A DNA stretch of 64,000 bases from assembly GCF_001194135.2 (NCBI RefSeq), contig NC_068995.1:50557610-50621609 (forward strand), in the 5' to 3' direction. Numbering within the stretch: the stretch's first letter is position 1; each line of letters begins with the position of its first letter. This DNA comes from Octopus bimaculoides. Taxonomy: Eukaryota. A program made the translations under genes and the position numbers. The notes beneath the pieces are model-generated. The model had not been told where the DNA came from and searched no databases. It was given only the letters and a program-made list of their open reading frames with translations. Of this stretch, positions 53,725 to 64,000 are shown in pieces.

Positions 53725-55045
53725 ATGGAGCTGATGATGATGTCAATGAGGAGAATGATGACGACGATGTCAATGAGGGGAATGATGACGATGATGTCAA
53801 TGAGGAGAATGATGACGGTGATGTCAATGAGGAGAATGATGACGGTGATGTCAATGAGGAGAATGATGACGGTGATGTCAATGAGGGGAATGATGACGAT
53901 GATGTCAATGAGGAGAATGATGACGGTGTCAATGAGGAGAATGATGACGACGATGTCAATGAGGAGAATGGCGATGACGATGTCAATGAGGAGAATGATG
54001 ACGGTGATGTCAATGAGGAGAATGATGATGGTGANNNNNNNNNNNNNNNNNNNNNNNNNNNNNNNNNNNNNNNNNNNNNNNNNNNNNNNNNNNNNNNNNN
54101 NNNNNNNNNNNNNNNNNNNNNNNNNNNNNNNNNNNNNNNNNNNNNNNNNNNNNNNNNNNNNNNNNNNNNNNNNNNNNNNNNNNNNNNNNNNNNNNNNNNN
54201 NNNNNNNNNNNNNNNNNNNNNNNNNNNNNNNNNNNNNNNNNNNNNNNNNNNNNNNNNNNNNNNNNNNNNNNNNNNNNNNNNNNNNNNNNNNNNNNNNNNN
54301 NNNNNNNNNNNNNNNNNNNNNNNNNNNNNNNNNNNNNNNNNNNNNNNNNTGATGTCAATGAGGAGAATGATGACGGTGATGTCAATGAGGGGAATGATGA
54401 CGGTGATGTCAATGAGGAGGATGATGACAATGTCAATGAGGAGAATGATGGCGATGTCAATGAGGAGAATGGCGATGACGATGTCAATGAGGAGGATGAT
54501 GACGGTGGTGTCAATGAGGGGGATGATGACGGTGATGTCAATGAGGAGAATGATGACGGTGATGTCAATGAGGGGAATGATGACGGCGATGTCAAGGAGA
54601 AGGATGATGATGGTGATGTCAATGAGGGGAATGATGACGGTGATGTCAATGAGAAGCATGATGACCGTGATGTCAATGAGGGGAATGATGACGGTGATGT
54701 CAATGAGAAGAATGATGACAATGATGTCAATGAGGAGAATGACAATGATGATGTTAACGTGGAGAATGATAATGATGGTATTAACGATGAAAATGATGAC
54801 GATGATATTAACGGCGAGAATGATGATGATATTAATGAGGAGAATGACGACGATTATACTAACAAGGAAAATGATGATATTAACAAGGAGAACAACAACG
54901 AGGTTAATGTGTAGAACAATGATGATGAAATCAACAGACAGAATGATGATGATATTAACAAGAAAAACAATAATGATAATATCAATGAGGAGAACAATGA
55001 TGATGATGATATTAATGAGGAGATCAATGATGATGATATTAACCT
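53725..55045. repeat. 27-bp minisatellite (GATGACGGTGATGTCAATGAGGAGAAT)n with an internal gap
   Basis: Direct inspection; 24- and 27-bp unit variants, degenerating toward the right end. Confidence 0.95.
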
Positions 55046-55703
55046 ATTCGTTACTATATTTGCATTGAAATACATTGCCTTTGTTTCAAATAGTTTTGAA
55101 AATAACGAATTTAGTGAAATAATTGTATCGTTATTAAGCTGGCATTTGGAACATAAATTAACATGAAATTTTGATTGGGCGTTTTAATTTAGCCCACTTT
55201 AAAACAGGGAATTTGTATCAGAACCAAGGGTGGTTGGTCTCAGGTGGATTGGTATCAAACTGGTTAATGAAGAGGAAGACGATGGTAATTTTAATGAGGA
55301 GAGCGATATCAACAATATTAATTGAAGAGAATAATGCCAAAAATATTAACGAGGAGACTGATGATAATGATGAGAGATGCATTCATATACACAAGGAAAA
55401 AATATTCAAACACTATTTGGTTGAAAAAAAAAATTTTCAAACAAATATTAGCTGTTTTATTAGAAGAATAATAGCAGTGAATGATACCATCCATGGTGCC
55501 AATTTAGAGAAGGAAGTAAGCTGGTCAGTGTTAACAGACACACAGACAGACAGACACAAACACAAATGCAACATATGAATCCCGATTTTTAAAACAGGCA
55601 AACCATTTCACTGCATTAAAAGGGTTAGTGTTAGGAAGGGTATCTGGCTATAAAACAATACCTCAAAATGGCCATTTCACCAAAAGCCAGTATGGAAAAG
55701 CAG

Positions 55704-55742
<39 letters not shown>

Positions 55743-55888
55743 CATTTTTGTGGTACCCCCTCCTTCTCTTGATGCCCTAATCACGTGCTTATCTTGCTTA
55801 TTGGTTAATCCAGCGCTGCCCACACTAATCAACATTGCCTTTTCACTCATTAACTAACCCATTGTCTATCAATCTCTATTTTGTTTAA

Positions 55889-56066
55889 ACCCTTTTACTG
55901 CAAAAAGCAGATAAATTCATTCAAAAATTTCATTATCCCCAGCACCAGGAAGCAGTTTTATATACCAATCTTTCTTTTTGTTGAAGAATGTCAGGTTTAA
56001 AACTATGTTCTGTAGAGATATGTCAAGTTTACTTGACTAAATAACCATGAAATTGCAATTAAAGGA
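55889..56066. mobile_element. TTAA-flanked MITE, second family
   Basis: TTAA flanks; related copies at about 28640-28810 and 49300-49515. Confidence 0.55.
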
Positions 56067-58234
56067 TTAAACCTTACACTAAAGACTATTACCTTTTGAG
56101 TCAATCTTTTAGCCTATTGTTAATCTCTCCCCTATTACGACTATATTCCTATTAAGCCCTACACTAACCTTATACTGCCTGTTGAGTCATACATTAGCCT
56201 AGTCTAGATTCCAGGCTTGCTAAACTGTCTTCTTAAGGTTTGTATTTAGATAAATATATTTCTTGTAGCCTCATATCTTTTCTGTCATTATTAGTCACAA
56301 CAGACAGAAGCTGTTGGCTTTCATTTGAGTTGTATCTAAGGCAGTAGGTCTGCATATACAAACACACACACACACACACACACACACCAATGGATGGGAA
56401 GAATGAGGGGAGTAGTGGAGAAGAAATAATGGGAAGTGAGAGAGGAATAGAGCATGGATGCCTGCTTAAACACTCACACACAAATAGACATTTATACGCA
56501 TATATGTATGCATATATACACACACATATACATGCACAATCACATGCACACACATAGAAAGAGAGATGGGTGGTGGAGAAATGTGTGTGAGAGAGAGAGA
56601 GAGAAAGAAGGAATGGTGCTTCTGTACTACTAAAAAAAAATGACTTCATAAAAACACGTGGATCTTAAATACTTTTGTACTTATTGCTTCCATTGTAGGA
56701 TAAGTTTGAATAGAAGAAAGCTTATTACATTGATGTATCATAAATGGTCCTTGTGAATATACGTAGATGTGTGTGTGCATGTGTGTGTGCATGTGTGTGT
56801 GTGATGAGGAAGGATTTTTTTGGAAATTGTTATGGATGTTTAAGGAATCTAAGCAAAAAAAAAAAATAGGTCACTGGGAAGAAAAATTAAAAACAAAATT
56901 TGCCTAAATTGAAAAAAAAAAAAAAAAGAATAAACAAATAAATGATTGCTGTCAATGTTACCACCCCCACAAACAATAACCTAACAACAAGGGAGATCCA
57001 ATGAGAGAGTGATCAATCTGCTAGAAATAGCAGCCAAATATTTAAATCACATCCGATTATGTTAAAGATGAAAAAAAAAGAGAGAACTACATGAATAAAG
57101 AGGAGATGGTCATGGATGGAAAATCGTTGATATGTTTGCCTGCACAATTGGGGATAAACAACAATACTCCACAAACCAGGGAATGAGCCTTTACGTGGTC
57201 ACAACGTGCTAGAAATATCAGTCAAATCTCCCTCAAATCACATCCTACAGTCTTTAAAAAAGAAAGGACACACTGGATACGACTTGATGCACTGCTTCTG
57301 GAAATCGATGGAAAGGCCATGGCTGGAATATCTTCAATCATAAGTTTGTTGGATGAGGGCTGACTTGATGCTGAACAACAATAACAGTCCTTGATATATG
57401 GTAAAGACAGGATGGTCACAGCTGGAAGGCTCTTGGTCAAAGATCTGCTCAATCATAGCAATACTATAACTAGTTTTCTTTAAGACATTCAAGGGAAGAT
57501 GCGGGCTTGGCTGTGTGGTTAAGACACTTACTTGGCAACCACACTGCTTCAGGTTCAATCCCACAGCACAGCACCTTAGGCAAGTGCCTTCTATACCCTC
57601 CAAGCCAACTAATGCTTTGTGAGTAAATTTGGTAGACAGAAACTGTGTGGAAGTATTATATCAAATTAAAGTAAATAGTCAAATAAAAAGAAGAAACAAA
57701 CAAAAGTTTTCTTTAAAAAAAAAATATAAATAAATTTTATTTTTTTAAACCATCCAACCCTGATTTCCTATTTTCAGCTCTGAAATTAATCTTCTGGGAA
57801 AAGAGTCTAAAATGCCAGTTGGCTATAAAGAAAACTTTNNNNNNNNNNTTGGAATTTCTTTCTTTCTTTCTATTTTTTCTTTTTCGTTCCTTTAAAGACT
57901 GTTTTAGTTTCACTAAAATAACATTATTTCTTGGTTTTCCATGATATCAAAGTTAGGAGACACAAGCGAAAAATATTGAAAAAAAAAAAAAAAAGATATA
58001 AAGTTAATGATTACATAATCTGATGTAACATAATTTCAAAAAGAACCACAAGTCCTGTGTACCAGATGATTACAGATGTGACAGTATCATCATCATCATT
58101 ATAATTGTAACCTTTATCATCATCATCATCGTCGTCATCACTGTTCTCCCAAACTGTCACAATTAGACATTTTCACACTTCATCATTACTACACCATGCC
58201 TTCCCATCTTATTTGTGATGTGTGAGTTTATTAA

Positions 58235-58689
58235 CCTTTCCATAACCATTTTTCTGTTAAAGTAACACTACCTTTGTTTCAATTAATTTTGAAAATGAAA
58301 TCAAATTTAGCAAAATAGCTTTGTTCTTTATTTTTGTATTTGCTTTGCAAGATTCCTTGAGAAGGTTGCAAATAGTGATGAAAGGACTTTGACATACAAA
58401 CAACCAAATCGATTGCTTAACCAACACATTAAACAAATGATCGATTAGTTAGTCAATTGGTTAAATATCTAACCACTAACAATAAAGTGATATTGAACCA
58501 GTGCATGTGCTTATTATCATTAGTGTAATGACACACCCAAGACACAACAAAGCCTTGTTCTCATAAATGTAATGTTTGGAAGACAAATTAACATGAAATT
58601 TACTGGAAGATTTAATTTAGATTACTTCAAAATAGGAAGCTTGTATCACAGAACAAGAAGCAGTCTTAGGCGGCTTGACATCAAAAGGG
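58235..58689. mobile_element. TTAA-flanked MITE, third family
   Basis: TTAA|CCTTT...AAAGGG|TTAA; partial relatives at about 55080-55260 and 61415-61550. Confidence 0.6.
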
Positions 58690-59829
58690 TTAAAGGTCTT
58701 ATCCAACAACATTAGTATACACCCTTCTTGCGTAGCTCCTTCCCTAATCCACTTCCACCCTCATCTCACCCACCCACCCGGTTACCCTGCACTAATTATT
58801 TTCCTCCCTCTACACATGTAATATATACTTACTACATTTTCTTATGGTGCTTAAAATTCCTAAATACTTTGCTCACTTCCGTGCAGTCAGCTAGCCTGTC
58901 TGTCTTTCAAGTTTACACATCACATTCTAAAGATCATACTCACTTCTTCCCCTCCCCCATGCTTCAAATACCATACAGCGTCACGATACAGGGCTGTCTT
59001 TGTCACCAAGTCAGAAACTAGGCCCCTAAACATTTATAAACTAAACATACTACATAGACTTTTAATAAAGCTAAATGAAAATATTTAGATCCCTTTGAGA
59101 AAACAAACAAGGATTTATTTCTATAATGCATGAAAATCAAATATGTACACAACAACAACGTCTGGTATTAAATTAGACAAAGGAATCTGTCAACAGTTTT
59201 AAGAGTAAAACACTAATTGCTCTTATTTAATACAATGATATCCAGACAATTCCTAAATGTAACTTGAAAATGGGGTGTGTTATATTAGTGCCAACATAAA
59301 GGGTGTTTCATTAGCTATTAACAAAGAAAATACCAAATAGCAGTTGCTATGTTTGTCATAGATTCTTTAATTTCTTCACTGCAGCAAGAATGAATCTGAA
59401 GATAGGTAAACACATTTGGTTTACCTTTTACATTTTTATACCCATTCCAGGCCTTAGACTGTAGCCATGCAGGAGCACTGCCTCAAAGAATTTTAGTTGA
59501 ACGATTCGACCTCAGTATTTATCTTTTTTTAAGCCTAGTATTTATTCCATTGGTCTCTTTTGCTGAACTGATAAGTTACAGAGATGTAAAGAAATTGACA
59601 CCAGTAGTGGTGGGGGACAAACACACACACGTGTGCGCATGTGCATGCATGATGGGCTTCTTTCAGTTTCAGTCAACCAAATCCACTCACAAGGCTTTGG
59701 TCAGCCCAGGGCTATAGCTAGAAGACACTCACTTGCCCGAGGTGCCACACAGTGGGACTGAACCCAGAACTGTGTGATTGAGAAGCAGACTTCTTACTAT
59801 AAAGACAATCGCATCTAGTGAATAAGTGT

Positions 59830-60404
59830 AGTTTGGTATAGAGTGTCCAACAGATTCATTGTTAGTGGTTCATTGCATTTACAATGGCATGAACAAGAAG
59901 GAAGCTTTGGCACAAGTTAGGTGGCTAGATGTTAGGGGTGATGTGGTCGCAGAAATTGTCTGACAGCCATAACTGGGTTGTCCTGTTGCCAGACATAGGG
60001 TCTTCCAGCAGTCACCCTCTTGACCCAGGGCAGTACTACCTCCTCCAAGCACTTGATATAGGCCTCCGTATTGAGTCTGAGGTCATGTGGGAAGATGAAT
60101 GGAGGCATAACATCGCCATCACTAGTGATCACTCCAAACACTATGATGTTGACTGGATGTTTGATTTTTATCACTCTCAGTACATGTCCTCAGATCGCAC
60201 TGACCTCAGATTGACACCCAAACACTCTGAAGCTTTTGACACAAATGCCAAGCATGTTGTTTCCAAATTTCTGGCAGAGTAAATTGCATCACAGACGGTA
60301 ACCAACTGACCCTACTATACTGTGTAGTCGATAAAATCAAAAGCAAAGAATGCACGTGTGAAATTAAAATTATAAAGTGGCGACAATTTACCCATCGCAC
60401 CCTG
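59830..60404 (-). mobile_element. Internally deleted maT/DD37D-like Tc1/mariner with a catalytic-domain fragment
   Basis: TA|CAGGGTGCGATGGGTAAATTGT terminus; KHPVNIIVFGVITSDGDVMPPFIF...LPWVKRVTAGRPYVWQQD. Confidence 0.8.
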
Positions 60405-60844
60405 TATATATATGTAGAGGGTCAAAACTGTATGGAAAATTTCAGGAATAACATCTAAAAAAATGTTTAAGATTCAGGGTTGGGATAAAAAAAATTGTGA
60501 TTAAATGGGTGGAATGGTAGTGAATGGCAGAGGTACCAGAGTCAATAGGTTCATAGTAACAGAGAATGTTGTACCTTGTGATAGAAAAGACAAGGAGAAC
60601 ATACTCTGGTGGTGTGCCAGTTGTTGGAGCGTAATGATGAGTGAAGATTTGCCAATCAGATGAACAGTATTTCTTTCTCTCAAAACATTCCATAGCATGC
60701 ATGCATGTGTGTGCGTGTGTGTACCATTTCTAATATATCAGCAATATGGCACTGGGCATATTGGTGCATATTTCATGAGATATAATTTATTTCATTGCTA
60801 TCTATCTATCTATCTATCCATCTATATATATATATATATATATA

Positions 60845-61039
60845 TCATCATCATCATCATCATCGTTTAACGTCCGCTTTCCATGCTAGCATGGGTTGGA
60901 CGATTTGACTGAGGACTGGTGAAACCGGATGGCAACACCAGGCTCCAGTCTGATTTGGCAGAGTTTCTACAGCTGGATGCCCTTCCTAACGCCAACCACT
61001 CAGAGAGTGTAGTGGGTGCTTTTACGTGTCACCCGCACG
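60845..61039 (-). mobile_element. RTE-type LINE/SINE 3' tail
   Basis: (CAT)n GTTTAACGTCCGCTTTCCATGCTAGC...; related copies at 33790-33930, 40195-40350 and 51710-52060. Confidence 0.7.
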
Positions 61040-62680
61040 AAAACGGCCACGCTCGAAATNNNNNNNNNNNNNNNNNNNNNNNNNNNNNNNNNNNNNNNNN
61101 NNNNNNNNNNNNNNNNNNNNNNNNNNNNNNNNNNNNNNNNNNNNNNNTGTGGTTCACATTTCCAAGTTATCTCTAAAAATATATATCAGTAATTATGGAA
61201 CAAATCAAGTTATTATTTATTTGGTTTTATTTTCAACTGTTTCAGAATAAGATCTGAACAGATTTTAAAATGTTATCATCATTCTGGCATCTGCTCCACT
61301 CTCCTGGCATGGATTAGCAAATATCTAACTACACAAACATCATTTGTAAAAGACTATCTTAAGCCTATACACAACACATCTAAAAAAGAAAAGAACATAA
61401 TAATCAGGCTTTTAATCCCCTTGTTACCATATTTCTTTTGAAAAACACTGCCTCAGTTTCAATTAATTTTTGATGGAAGGTTTTAATTTCGATCACTTTT
61501 AAACAGATTTGTATCATACATAAAACCAGGGGTGGTCTTAGATAGATTGGTATTGAAATGTGTTGCCAACATAATCATCATCGTCATCTTTCAACATTCA
61601 TCTTCCATGCTAGTATGGATTCAACAGTTAAATAGAATTTTCACAAATAAAACTCAACCTAATTTAACCCGTTTGGGCAGGGGTGTGGGGTGGGGGTTCA
61701 CATCCATCACCCCATTTTGGCCACCCTGTTATTGCCCCACTTCAACATCCCTCTTGATCTTTCCGCTGCCCACAGAGGGGCAGTACTACCCACTTTGGCA
61801 ACCACTGTCTTAGAGCATGCTGTTGCAAATCTACACAAGTGAATGTGTGAAAAACGAAACAGGAATTTTGAAAGAAGTATCTTTAAAACAAGTATTTAAA
61901 CATGGGGTGGCTATTACCAGAATAAAATAGGAATTAAAGGGGTCCATGGGTAAAAAAACAGTTGAGAACCACTGCTCCAAAACATACCCTCAACAATTCT
62001 ACAAAGCTTTCCAAAATGGTTCTTCCTAACTTCATAATTATCTTGACAATGAGTTTTCTTGAAAGCTATCTTGCACCAGCTGGTTTACTTAATATGGATA
62101 GAAATATAAATTTCACAGTTAACTTCTCCTAAAACACCCTTTAATACCATAAAACCGAACATAGAACATAAGCACAGCAACCAGTTTCATGTGAGAACCC
62201 CACCTTTACAACCACCACTGCCACAACAATTTATTGCAGACAACTGTGTTTGCCATGCCAAAATGTGCGTTAAGTCCTAACCATGTTTTGCTAAGCTAGG
62301 ATGATGTTTGGATTGGTGAAAGAGCTCATGTGAAAGCAAAGGGTAATTAATCATACCACATAAATAACACCATATGTTTCAGTCTCCCACCACTCTTACT
62401 ATCACCATCATCATCATCATAATTATTACCACCCCCAAAGAAGAGAAGGGAGAAGATATCTGTAATACTAAAGATAAATAGCATTCGTCTTTTTGTTGTT
62501 TGATTTTTGCATATTTTGGCATTGTTATCTTATTATAAATGAGATGTAATTTGCTTCATAGTGATTCTTATTTTTACCATGACAAGTTCTGTCCTACCCT
62601 CAATTTTAAGTGCAGAGTATGTACATATGTACACATACAAACTACATGCATATTTAATTATCACCCACCCAATAACTTAC

Positions 62681-62800
62681 TGGTATTTCACACACCCCTA
62701 TCACTCGCACCACGACAAGAGAGATGAAACAAGATGCCATTAGGAAACTTTCTTGTATCAGCGGTGACTTGCAAGTGCATAAGAACCTGCGAGAGTGCAT
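62681..62800 (-). other. Candidate upstream (5'-UTR) exon of MICAL
   Basis: Unique, GC-richer block ending in CCA|GTAAGT; possible acceptors before 62800 or 62786. MICAL exon 1 has an acceptor, so an upstream exon is expected somewhere. Confidence 0.3.
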
Positions 62801-64000
62801 CTTTGATGCAAAAATAATACAACTTTAATCTTACAAATCCATAGTTTTGTAACTTGTATTAAATTACTGTTGTGATTTTGAAGGTTAAACCATTTTAATT
62901 TTGGTTTTTAAAGACTTTGACAGTAAGTAATTTCAAATAATGAATGTGGGTGAAATTACACCAATGGACAAAAAGTTCATCACTCTTGATCAGTATGGTT
63001 TCTTGAGTAACTAGAAGTGACAGTAAGATCTTCTTCACACAACACCCTATTATCTTCAAAAAGCAGAAGGAAACATTAGACAAACTAATCCAAGATACAT
63101 TAAGTCTGACGACAAAAAAAAACAAAACAAGAAAATGACAGGAAAGTCACAGCTAAAACATCTGATTAAAGGTTCTCTCAACCAAAGTTGATTTGGGGAT
63201 AAAATTCAACAGCAAAACAAATATTCCAATGTTTTAAATATGTAAAAGAGAGGTCAAATAATTTAGTCCTAGAGTTCATTAAAACTGATGGCATGATTAT
63301 GGTTGGAACGGCACCGATGTTTTGCTAGTTGTTGTTACCATTCCAGAAAGAGATTCAATATTGCAATTTGGACTGAAGCCAGTACGCCACATTCTAGGGG
63401 TTGTTCCATCAACCTAGCAGATTTCAATGAATAGTATTAGCTGCACAATGGAAGACATGTGACAGAAGGCATCATGTGGAGGATCATTGCAATCTAGTCA
63501 CATGCAGGCAATTTCTGGACCTATTCAACTGTGATAGTCATTTAACATGGATCATAAGATGGAGGGTAACTATGCCAGGATACACTTTGTTTACCATGAT
63601 GGCATCCTTTATCCTTATTCATCATGTGCTTGTCTGACAGTGGGTAACTTCTCAATAGTATTTGAAGTTAGTAGGCTCGACTTACTTTGGCACATACCAA
63701 ACAGTGAAGAAACATTTTAAATCTGGAACCATATTCCAAATGGAATACAAATTGCTCTACCAAACTTGCCTGAGGCAAGGATGTCATGGCCAAGTTATCC
63801 CCAAAGGAAAACATACAAAACTGTTGTATGTCTTGATTGAGGATGCAATGTAACGGTGATATTTAATCAATGTTTTGTGAATTAACAGTCCTGACACAAA
63901 CACGCTACACACAAGAAGTAATACAGTTGAGTAGATAAGGAACTCGGCTACCATCTCATGAAGCTTGAGTTCAAATCCAAAGCAGTATTTCAATGTGTGG

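Noticed and set aside
53622-55068. 345-447-aa ORFs (IIILLID, SSLT and MMTVMSMRR repeats)
   Set aside because: All frames of a stop-poor minisatellite plus an N gap; no independent coding evidence.
59929-60282. 117-aa plus-strand ORF
   Set aside because: Antisense shadow of the transposase fragment.

Overview
AT-rich, microsatellite- and SINE-dense eukaryotic DNA from a gapped draft assembly. The repeat families resemble those of Octopus (inference). One gene dominates the window: a minus-strand MICAL (F-actin monooxygenase; FAD monooxygenase, CH and LIM domains, then the start of the acidic linker). I reconstructed 19 coding exons by hand, from ATG 51019 down to 627. They total 3040 nt (about 1013 aa), all introns are GT-AG and all phases are consistent. 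The gene runs off the left edge, so the C-terminal coiled-coil/bMERB exons are outside the window. The introns hold tRNA-derived SINEs, RTE tails, relics of RLE-type non-LTR elements, Tc1/mariner remnants, TA- and TTAA-target MITEs and minisatellites. No rRNA, true tRNA, CRISPR or prokaryotic system is supported. The best leads concern MICAL isoforms and regulation: (1) an X-box plus CCAAT module just upstream of the LIM exon; (2) a minisatellite-derived candidate terminal exon in the 24.6-kb intron; (3) uORFs at the start codon; (4) a near-perfect 58-bp intronic hairpin; (5) a strong SINE orientation bias. All of these are hypotheses that need RNA data. Repeat boundaries are approximate.
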